Assembly: GCA_965235115.1 (NCBI GenBank)
Contig: OZ249436.1
Span: forward strand, 6,944,001-7,008,000
DNA from: Laetmonice hystrix
Lineage: Eukaryota
DNA: 64,000 bases
Reading direction: 5' to 3'
Under the pieces are notes generated by a model that saw only the letters and a list, made by a program, of their open reading frames with translations, was not told the origin of the DNA and searched no databases. Every line of letters starts with the position of its first letter. The stretch's first letter is position 1. Positions 1 through 11,203 of this stretch are shown piece by piece. Both the position numbers and the translations under genes were made by a program.

Positions 1-1146
1 TGTGGGAAAGGGCCGCCGAGGGCATGGTTTGGCCATCCTCAAGAACCAAATCAGGCGTAAAAGTGATAGACTTCTCACACACTGTTAGCCGTGCCTTTGA
101 CTGGTGCATTATACCAAATGAGCATCGGTCTAATAGGCAGTCTTGACTTGCTGGCAATCACCGATCGATGGTCACCAAAATTATTCTGGTTCATGGTAGC
201 GACCTTGAGTGGCCGAGTTTGCAGTCAGGGTCGTCGTCTGGTGGGGTTGGGGTGAGAGTTGAGGCAGTTAACATTTGCTGGTCTCCAGCCGACATCAGAC
301 AGTACAACGTGGTTAAACCAAAGACCGATGAATGATCATTCATAGACCTTTGGTTAAACTACCATTTGGAGGCCAGGTTTCGTCATACACCCCCCTTACT
401 ATACTTTGGTAACAAAGTCTCCGATATTATTGATTGTGCTGCCCTCCACAGTTCACCATGGGTGCGGGTCTGAACTGATAGTCAGAACAAATGGGATTAA
501 AGATGTGAAAACGTCCAAGTGTCGAAGCTAAGGCCGCATGGTATCTGTTTTATACATAACCCGGGGCGGCGCACCCAGATCAAGTATACAGTGAAGGCGT
601 TACAAGTATTGGTTGCGCACAGTCCTACAGCCATAATCTTCCACCAAACCAGAAAGGTGAGGGTCACCAATCATAACCTTTGCTCATTTCATTCCAAACC
701 CTCAATAGAACTAATAGAACATGCTGCTGTAAAGTCATTGAAAAATCGATTCCAATCATTTAGCGGGAAACTCCCGTGTAGGAGTGTAGATCGCGTCATT
801 TCAAATCATGTCAGTGAAGATTTAGACGAGCAGTCCGCTGATGGTTCGTCTACATTTGCCAATCCATTGATTCTGGAATTAGACATTACAAACCTATGTT
901 AGTCCACGTTAAATTATTCCTCGTTTCCTAAGCTTTCCTCCGGTAATTTCACTTAGAAATGCAGATTGTTGCATCAGTAATTATTAAATTAGGTTCCGCC
1001 GGTCTCACGTTACCAAGTCAAACTCTGGTAATCATTATTCATTAGTGGCAAAAAAATAACTAGGTTAAGTATCACTTTCCTTTATGAGAAGAACAATCTC
1101 GCTTCTTGACCCGGTCGTGAAGACCCTGTCAGAACCTTGGAGACAA

Positions 1147-1182
1147 AAAATGGCGGCTGACACAAAATGGCGGGGCACGTGG
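1147..1182 (+). promoter_or_regulatory. Tandem YY1-like motifs plus E-box (putative promoter-proximal element)
   Basis: AAAATGGCGGC at 1147-1157 and AAAATGGCGGG at 1164-1174 match the YY1 consensus, followed by CACGTG. Function is inferred from motifs only. Confidence 0.3.
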
Positions 1183-1289
1183 TCAAAGGGTGCTGGTTCA
1201 TTACTGGGCGTCGATCTTCCAGTGTGTGTTCACGCCTGACTGACCATACACGGAGCGGTACTGTGAGCGAGCAGCAACCAGTCCCAGAC

Positions 1290-1345
1290 CCTCCTCCTCC
1301 TCCTCCTCCTCCTCCTCCTCCTCCTCCTCCTCCTTCTCCTCCTCT
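1290..1345. repeat. (CCT)n trinucleotide microsatellite, about 18 units with one interruption
   Basis: Read directly from the sequence. Confidence 0.97.
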
Positions 1346-1697
1346 TGCGCTTCTGCTATTTTCTTCACAACAATTCAATCATGGCACGTCGGTGCTGAAT
1401 CAAATCGCTTGTCAGGAGTGTCAAATCTGGTGGAAGCTTCCCTAGAAATAGATACCCCTCTATGAAAGAGAGCACGGGCTGCTGCCCCAAAAAGTGATCA
1501 ATTCATTACGTGGAACAGCCAAGTGCTTTTTGCCAATCAGAAGGCAGGAAATTGGTCGTAGATCCCAGGCATGTGAGGAGGCGTTATCAACAGGAATCAA
1601 TACGATCATCCCGGGCAAGGAAACTGCTCTACTCGCTGTCTGCCGATCGTCCTGCTCACACGACTCACTGCATTCAGATACCAACCTGGCACCCAAC

Positions 1698-1763
1698 CTC
1701 TACATTACCATATTCATGCTATACAATCAAACTCTACATTACCATATTCATGCTCTACAATCA
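1698..1763. repeat. 34-bp tandem duplication (about 2 copies)
   Basis: ctctacattaccatattcatgct(a/c)tacaatca starts at 1698 and 1732. Confidence 0.9.
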
Positions 1764-3386
1764 TTGTACATGATATATGTATCGTATTATGGGATTGAGG
1801 ACCCATGAAATCTTTTTAAACAGGAATAACATTCTGATTTTCCTCTCATCAATCAAATTTCCTTTTCTTCAACACTTGGCAATCAGGACACAGAGTTGAT
1901 TCTCTCTCTATACTATGATGAATGTATCCAAGATGGGAGTAACATTATAATATGTGCTCTTAATCAACTCAATGACGCTAATATGGACAAAGACATGCGT
2001 TTAAGGATATCCAAGTTTCTAATTATTCCGTATTTCCTGTTTTCCCATAAGTGCCCACATGATGATCATCATCATAGAACTAGACTGTCACTCTGTAGGT
2101 TCAATGCTCTGTTGAAGTACAATATATCTTCACCACAGGTAAATAATGATTCACGTACATTATCTTGAACATTTAGATAGCACGATGACGTCCCACATGG
2201 TCTGGCGTAGACCTACCATTATGAATTATTTTTGTGCGGTTTTATAATTGCCAAACACAATTTATCCGATAAACCTAAAGGAACTTTGTAACGGGTATGG
2301 AAATATACCAACAACGTGTCAGCGAACATTGACAGAGATTGCGTGAGGTCGAGGGTCAGGGACCGGGGAGGTGAGAGTGCGGGTATTTGGTCAGCCGTAC
2401 TCCGACCTGCCAATATGTCTCAGCCAGGGACAAGTTGGTCTGGCTAGTTGACAGTTCTGCCCACAACTCCCGCCCTCCCGGTGCTCACATAGACATTTAC
2501 CTCTCAACCAATCCTGAATGTCCGTTTAGTTGAATAAAAAACGACGTAAAAACATCGGTCTGTTACCAAAACAAAGTGTTGGTTTAGACCATGGCCATTG
2601 ACCTTTCAAATGTTCCAAGGTGTGACATACAATTTCGGAAGATGCAAAGCATCTGTCAGTGACTGCAACAAAACTAGTAATCAAACTGTGCAGACTACAG
2701 GTCGGCAAGGAACCCAAGGCCAGCGTCAAGCCATATGCCTCTGGGCGGGGTTCAAAGGTTATATCCAGATGACCCTGCTCGTTGACCTTTCACACTGCCC
2801 AAACAGGCAGTCGGAATTTTGTTGAGGGCCACGACAAAAGTAAAGGCCATATGTCAGGCTTGTGATCAGTGACCCAAAATCTGGTACCACAGAAGTTTTA
2901 TCGCTTTTCAGTTATCGTTTTGAAAAAGAAATATACATTTACACAACACAGGGCCGAAATACTACTAGGCCGACTTATACATTGTTTTATGAATTCCTTG
3001 TACGAGATTACGTTATTTACACTGCATGATTCTCTCCCCAACAACAAGGAATTATGTTGAAATACATTGTACTCACCACCCACAGGAGAATGTATTTGTT
3101 CCGAAGTTTCAATTCACGAGTAAAAACAAACTTCCTTTTTGCACATTCCCCATATTCTGTCAGCAATAATTGACATGTGTCATAACTTGATAGGCATCCC
3201 ATGTCACAAACTTTTTACCCGGCTCTCATGGTCCTGTCCAATACAGGTACTTTTTTAATTATCACATTTTAACATTGGTCCTACAGGTAGACATGGGGCA
3301 GTGGGTGAGCTGAGGGAAATGTTGGTGCCAAACTGACAGATTATCTTGACCGTCGTACTCGGGACAAACACTTACAGCAGCCGCTG

Positions 3387-4567
3387 GTCATGGCTGTCAA
3401 TGCACCAAATCTATGGTTGACTTAGGGATCCAGGCAACCCGTCATGGCTGCCAATGCACCAAGTCTATGGTTGACCTAGGGATCCAGGCAGCCCGTCATG
3501 GCTGCCAATGCACCAAGTCTATGGTTGACCTAGGGATCCAGGCAACCCGTCATGGCAGTCAATGCACCAAGTCTATTGTTGACTTAGGGATCCAGGCAAC
3601 CCGTCATGGCAGTCAATGCACCAAGTCTATGGTTGACTTAGGGATCCAGGCAGCCCGTCATGGCTGCCAATGCACCAAGTCTATGGTTGACTTAGGGATC
3701 CAGGCAGCCCGTCATGGCAGTCAATGCACCAAGTCTATGGTTGACTTAGAGATCCAGGCAGCCCGTCATGGCTCCCAATGCACCAAGTCTATGGTTGACT
3801 TAGGGATCCAGGCAACCCGTCATGGCTGCCAATGCACCAAGTCTTTGGTTGACTTAGGGATCCAGGCAACCCGTCATGGCTGCCAATGCACCAAGTCTTT
3901 GGTTGACTTAGGGATCCAGGCCGCCCGTCATGGCTGCCAATGCACCAAGTCTATGGTTGACTTAGGGATCCAGGCAACCCGTCATGGCTGCCAATGCACC
4001 AAGTCTATGGTTGACTTAGAGATCCAGGCAACCCGTCATTACTGCCAATGCACCAAGTCTATGGTTGACTTAGGGATCCAGGCAACCCGTCATGGCTGCC
4101 AATGCACCAAGTCTATGGTTGACCTAGGGATCCAGGCAGCCCGTCATGGCAGTCAATGCACCAAGTCTATGGTTGACCTAGGGATCCAGGCAACCCGTCA
4201 TGGCAGTCAATGCACCAAGTCTATTGTTGACTTAGGGATCCAGGCAACCCGTCATGGCAGTCAATGCACCAAGTCTATGGTTGACTTAGGGATCCAGGCA
4301 GCCCGTCATGGCAGTCAATGCACCAAGTCTATGGTTGACTTATGGATCCAGGCAGCCCGTCATGGCTGCGAATGCACCAAGTCTATGGTTGACCTAGGGA
4401 TCCAGGCAGCCCGTCATGGCTGCCAATGCACCAAGTCTATGGTTGACCTCGGGATCCAGGCAACCCGTCATGCCTCCCAATGCACCAAGTCTATGGTTGA
4501 CTTAGGGATCCAGGCAACCCGTCATGCCTCCCAATGCACCAAGTCTATGGTTGACCTAGGGATCCAG
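3387..4567. repeat. 54-bp minisatellite, about 22 copies
   Basis: Consensus atggttgacttagggatccaggcaacccgtcatggctgccaatgcaccaagtct. It explains the 400-aa repetitive ORF 3413-4615. Confidence 0.98.
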
Positions 4568-7500
4568 ATACTCATCCCACGCCTGTTGACCTTCGCGGAG
4601 GTGAAACCTGGTTAAACTTTATTTTGAAACTGATGATTTACAAGATGGATGAAAAACACTCTAATTTAAGGGCAGTGGGACAAATAAACGTGATACAATA
4701 AAGCAAGAGAAGCCTATCGAGGTTCAGGCGTTTACACAAACAACCACCTCGGCGCTCCGCTAAAGGAGATCAGAAAACACCCTCTTAGTCCGACCGTCTT
4801 ATCCAATCACAATGAATCGCCACATGACAATTTTCACTTGCGAGGTTTGACCCCAATCATGGACTGAGATTTGTTCCCATTGATTTTTGTAATGGACATG
4901 CTGGCCGGTGATTTATTCTAACACTAGGGGGCGTTCAACTGCAACTATTTTGTTCCTGTGACCACTGGTTATGGAGAATAGCCCTGACCACCCACTGTCA
5001 AAGACAGCGGTCAAGGTCAGCGCTCACCCATTGCCATGGTTACCAAAAAGATGATATAATATTTGGAGGAGGCAGGAATGGGGGTGGCGGGTGTTATGAT
5101 GGTGGATGGGAGCGAGGGTGAAGGCGAACGAGTGCAGGGCTGGGGGACGGAAACATGGCCGAGTGGTCGATATTCTATACTCCAATCATACATCAACACC
5201 TTCGGTGACTCAGGAGCAAAATCCACCAGGCACATTTGGTGTAATTGTCGGTATTAAACTGATCAATCCACCATGATTGTCAATAACTGTGATCAATAGG
5301 AATATTTCTATTCATCCTGTGCCAGTATTTCACAATTGACCTCACAGAGAGGTCATAAGGTGCCAAGCTTTAACGGCATCTCTGCCATACAAACGTCACA
5401 CTTAAAACAAACGTCACACTGAAACAATAATTTAACTCTTCTTCCTTCATCTGATTTATCCTACAGTAGTTCATATTATAGAGTTCATATTATTTATCAA
5501 TTATGAAGGACAAAACAGATATGTTTGTGGCTTGAAACCGCAACATCTGCACCTTTCTTTACACTTTACCATTCTTACAAATACACCAAGAAGGGAAAGA
5601 ATAACGCCAGCAAAAATACTCATTAAGAAGGTAGCAATATTCAGTATAACACAGAAAGCACTGGCTGATACGTTCAAGGGTAACAAATTGAAACGTGAAA
5701 AGTCTCGTACAAAATAGAGGAAACAAAAAAGGATTTCTCCCATTGGGAATGAATTCTATGTGAATCTCAACGTATCCCAATCGAGGTGTAAATTTATGGA
5801 ATTCTCCGGGAAGAACACATTATTTCAGTTGATAAAACCGTCCATAACGACCATAAATACATATACCCGAAACAAACTGACTTTCCCTAGGTATGCTACT
5901 GGACGGTAGAGTTGAGCTGTTCCCATGTTGATGTGCATGGTGCTGGACAACTGACCAGCTGGCTTCTTGTCCACCAGACAGTGGACATCACTGGTCAATG
6001 CTGGACACTGGCACACATGGTGAAACATACGTCGTGCATGGACTGGGTATCTCCGGTATTTAGAAGGTCTTATACTGACCAACCCACCATCTGTAACTCT
6101 GATCATCTTGTTTGTGTGCAGAATGCTGTATGTGCGTCAATTGGTCAGTTGCGTCAGTCGTGACCTGAAATCAAATATCTCATTTTGGATGTGAATTGAG
6201 ACTGGCCATTGTAAATCTTCCACAAAAGTATAACTACAAATTGAATTGGTACACAGGTAAAACAGATCAGATATAGTAGCAGACCTCTGCTAAAGGCAGC
6301 AGTTGCACAGAGTGGGGCGAGTTTTGGACAGGATCCATTACTTCCATGATCAGTCCACCAATGGCTCGATGAGAGAGAAGATAATCAATCACACCAACTA
6401 CATGACAGATGAATGGCTCAACAAGGGGGTACAGCTGGTGGTGCCGGGTTGACCATTTAATGACCGTTACAATGGTATGTGTTACTGTTGACTATCTAGG
6501 TCCCGGGGAGTCTCAATAATCTCTCAATAATAACGTGAACACCACCGTGACTTCTACCACCCCAAACCTCACACTCCTGAGATGACAATGTGAGCCTCTG
6601 TTGACCTATTCTGCTACTACATGGCATAACATGGCGGGTACAATAGCCGCTAAGGGATCCTGTACTTAAGTCAAGGATCGCCACAGCTCGCGAGAAAAAA
6701 AAACCCTGCAAAAATGCAGCACAGCAACAGAGCGGCAAGAAAGAGACCGGCATAGAAGGAGATTGTAAAAGACACTGAAGTAGCTGCACCACTACCAATG
6801 ATGCTGCAGGAAACAACTTCGCCATTTAATTCCGATTAAATACCTTATTGCATTAATATAAATTGAATTTGATAACAGTGCGTTTATTTCCAATAGATCT
6901 CAATAATTCCATTAAGAATTAGATTGGCACTTCAGCCTTAAAGCCAGAAAATCACCAAAGCTGATTTTTTTTTATATTTCCATGAAAGAGGCCGATTATT
7001 TCCCAGCCTGTGTGACTTTTAAAGGATGATCGATTATATCTGACTGAAAAACCTAGCGCCTAAATTAGGTCTGGAAAACCTCAACCCATACCACCACCAC
7101 CATTTCATTACATAAAAGTATTAAACTTTATAGCTGAAGTTGTAGCAGACTATCAAAGCAGATTTACAAAACACGCTGCAACCGTGGCTGTATGATAACA
7201 AATAAGGAGTTTAATTAGGAAATTAAAAGAAATAGTGCCATCTTTAAAGGAATATCACACAATCTTCTAGGCGATTTCTATGATGCATGTGAACATATTC
7301 TTGAAGGAGTCTCCAAACCGACTATAAAACACTGTTGAGAATGTTCATGGAAGCTGTGTACAACCGACCACTCTATCGATCATTAAGCGCGACCTTCCCA
7401 TCAAGGAGCTGCTCCAAGGCTTGTTCTATTGATCGTACTGCTTACTTAATGCAACATATCGGTCAATAATATTTTCCGTTCACTGAAAACTGTCCTTAAA

Positions 7501-8119
7501 AACGCGGAGATTCTTCTTTCTGTAAATGATACGGGCATCAAGTCAAGTGACCAGCTGCATCTCTGTACTGTATAAGATGAGGCTGATGTATTACTGCCAC
7601 TGCACTGAGAAGAAGCCGCCATACTCACATTATGAAATACGAGTACTGCCTGCCGCCACAGTGGCTGGTAATGCAAGGATCACGGGCTTTCACATGCATA
7701 ATCTCATCAGAAAAATGCTTGATAATTTCCTAATCAAATGTCTCCATAACTCCATGCAGACTCCCCCTCACTCGGCTGCACCATTCTGCAATATTTCATT
7801 TGGGTCTGATTGTATTACAGGCTGTCGATTTCTCTCGCTCTTCAGACTGAGCAAGCAAGCAAAGAAAAGGAATACAGACAGCACAATGCAAAAAGTGATC
7901 AGGGAAGACAGTCATAAATCGTCGATGGGTAAATATGCATAACGTTGGCATTGTTAGGCAGTGGCCCATGAAATACTTTAAATGGGACCTCTGGTGAAGA
8001 GATGGTTTGTTCTCCATCATCTGATTTGTTGCTTTGGCGGGTACTCGATCGAGAGAGCAGGAGACGCGGCACTGTTGCACAACGGAAGAAGAAGACTTGA
8101 GGCTCGAGCACTTGGTTGA

Positions 8120-8268
8120 GAGGACAAGGAGCTCTTGAAGGCGGCAAAGAAACGCGTATTCTTATTGCTCACGCTTGAGGCGAGCGGCGCCAAGTGGATA
8201 AACGTCAACAAGACCCAGCTGAGCAGGGTTCCACGACACACGTACGAGTGCTACTGGACTTCCACTCG
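8120..8268 (+). pseudogene. Coding-like segment of unknown protein (exon or relic), with an upstream piece in a different frame
   Basis: Frame from 8120 reads EDKELLKAAKKRVFLLLTLEASGAKWINVNKTQLSRVPRHTYECYWTST and ends at GT (8269). Upstream TEEEDLRLEHLVE (from 8082) is in another frame. The minus-strand ORFs here look like antisense shadows of coding sequence. Confidence 0.3.
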
Positions 8269-8271
8269 GTA

Positions 8272-8758
8272 ACAACTCCTGATCTGAAGTACAAATGTAT
8301 ACTCACACGTATCTCCTCCGTGTATGAAGGCGTGTAAATAACTGCGCAGATTGTTCACTGCTTCATGATTGATATAAAGATTAACAACTCCTGATCTGAA
8401 GTATACTCACACGTATCTCCTCCGTGTATAAAGGCGTGTAAGGTGATATCGTGCTGAAATAACTGCGCAGAGTTTCCACTGCTTCATGATTGATATAAAG
8501 ATTTCGAATAATTAGACAACTCCTGATCTGAAGTATACTCACACCTATCTCCTCCGTGTATGAAGGCGTGTAAGGTGATATCGTGCTGAAGTAACTGCGC
8601 AGAGTTTCCACTGCTTCATGATTGATATAAAGATTAACAACTCCTGATCTGAAGTATACTCACACGTATCTCCTCCGTGTATGAAGGCGTGTAAGGTGAT
8701 ATCGTGCTGAAATTTCCACTGCTTCATGATTGATATAAAGATTTCGAATAATTAGACA
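8272..8758. repeat. Complex tandem repeat, 4 units of about 112-132 bp arranged A-B-A-B
   Basis: acaactcctgatctgaagta recurs at 8272, 8384, 8516 and 8637. Unit ends alternate between aagatta and aagatttcgaataattag. Confidence 0.95.
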
Positions 8759-11154
8759 GGAAACTCATTCAATTATTGGTTATAATCACAAGACGTTCTG
8801 TAAACCACTAAAAAAACTTGAACCTGCAATTTTAAGAAGTTCTTCTTTAAAAAAGCAATATTATATTTAGCGCTTTTAAACTGCACATAGTTTTCTAAAT
8901 TAAACGGTCAATCCGAATACGGTGATTGTATGTTTTAATTGTTATCGAGTTCATCGGTTGATGGATGGAACCGGAGATAATCCGGCTGAACATCATTAAA
9001 ACACCTCTCTGTGTTCACCTTCCATCGACAAGGTCATCTCAAATCATGTCAAACATTACTGACCATTCATGTCTTGTTTGACCCCCCTCAGCCCATCAAC
9101 CCATCACAGACTGACCAGTGGTCAGGTCTAAGCTGAAATCTTTATTAGTATCATGTCTTGATGGGTTTCCCGATGTTTCTTGACCTTTGCCTATTCTTAC
9201 GCTGACCTTAAACACCGGCTCTAGACACGTGTAATCCTCATTGATCCGGCTTAGCGTGGCCGGATCAGAATCAGCTTTACCCTCTGCCAGGTACTTTAGT
9301 CGCACCCAATACCCGTCGACTGCGACCCAAGCCGGGCCGAGTAGCTGGCGGGTAATGGACTTAGTCATAATGGTTCTGTCTCCAGTTACACGAGCTTCCT
9401 GTTCCTGAAGCCTGAGGCTGTGCGGCACATTATAACGGTACATGTGCCATCTTGTCGCTGCTAGTCATATTCGTCAAATCGCCCTCATGCACAAGTCATG
9501 AAACAAATTATTGGTGACGAAAATAATGTACGGCGGTGGGTATAATAATGCTAAGCTCCCACGCACCCCAACCCCACTCCCTCACCGACAGTGATTTTAT
9601 TGAAAGAGCCCGTATATATACAGTGAAACAACATCAGGCATGATCCTTCATATTGACAGATGTCAGGCACATATATCCGTTATATGGTATCTTTTGGGAT
9701 TATGACGGAAATTAAAAACATGAGCTGTGATTTTCTCCTCCTGACAGCTTATGCTACAGGAGGACGCGAGTCCGTCGTTAGCCAATGTATTGCTGCCTCC
9801 TGCCTCAATGGCCGGCTCCATTACATGGTAAAGACCTTCCGATTAGCTGGGACCCTCTCCGCCACAGCCAGCCTCCGAGGCAATCTGGCTGGTTGCATCT
9901 TATTGGTGGTGTCACATTTCAAATCAGCTGCATCATCTGCAGTGGACGAAGTTCAAAGAGTCAACAGTACCTGGGCAGGAACTTCAGTGTTTGGCGGGCC
10001 GCTGATGGCTGCTTGGCTTGGCTACAGTGGAAAAGGTCTTTTGTTAACAGGATTAAACTCCGAATACGTAAAGGGGTCAAAAAGAAAATGACTTTGTGGT
10101 GATTTGAAGTAATGAAATTAGCACAGGGATGGATAAGTCGTGTAAGGGGACAAGAAAATATAAGTTGGAGGGTAATGTGAGAAGGTACAGATGAAGGTCA
10201 TTGTGATACTGTTTCTGCAACAATTACTTTTTATCTCGGCCAGGCTAACGTAGGACAAAGATGAGACGGCATAGAAATATGACAAAATAACAAATATGAT
10301 AGCATGATTCGCCACAATAGCACTGTTCGCCGTTTGACCTTCCTTTCTAAAGTTTGAGATAAATGTGCAGCCACTCTTAAATCTGAAGCTTGGTTTCTAA
10401 CAAAAAAAATATTTATTTGCAAAAAAGAAACCAATATGTGTGCCAAACAACACGAGTCCTATAAAAATGACGAAAGTGTCACGAACAAATACAAAACAAA
10501 GTTGATAAAATCACGTTGAGAATAAGATGCAAGCTATAAGAGTTATTTTTCTCTCCATACGGCTGCTGTACGGTGGGTGGTTGTGAGATGTCTGCCGACC
10601 TGCATGATCAACCTGCACCCTCTATAACCTGTAACCCTGGGGCCCTGTCACTGCGGCAGCCAGCGCTGACAGCGCCGAGCTAAGCTGGACTTCTACTAAT
10701 GAAATGTTTGCCCTGGTGGCGACCCAGGCGAGTTGTAGCTGGGTTAATCACCGTCCGCCATCACGCTTAATCAATTACACCAAAGATCGTGCCACCGACC
10801 ATGTCTTCGGGATAGTCTTTTCTGCTGCTGCACTCATTATGCAGACTTTTAATTGAATCACTCCACGTAATTGACTTCATTAGAAACAAAAGCATGGGCA
10901 GTGTCCTTTATTGTGTGGCTAATTTCCAGCCCTCCCAAGGGTTGCCCACCGCCGCAAAATGACAAGCTCATAAAAAATTCATGTGACTGTTGACTGGTGT
11001 ATGCGCTCTTCCACACTCCAACCGGATTAGTGAGTGGCCCGCGGGGAGAAGCAATTCTTGAAGATGTTCTGTTGTGGGAGTTAGATTAAGGCTGCACCCC
11101 CCCTGAGGTACATACCACCCGAGTGGTAGGTAACCACTGGTAACAGGGGAATAC

Positions 11155-11203
11155 ATCCCTGGTAGTACCGTCACAGGATCCCTGGTAGTACCGTCACAGG
11201 ATC
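11155..11203. repeat. 23-bp perfect tandem duplication
   Basis: atccctggtagtaccgtcacagg at 11155 and 11178. Confidence 0.9.

Noticed and set aside
3413-4615. 400-aa Cys/His repeat protein as a real CDS
   Set aside because: It lies wholly within a 54-bp array. An 18-codon unit is often stop-free in one of six frames by chance, and the variants are mostly non-synonymous. It is kept only as a finding.
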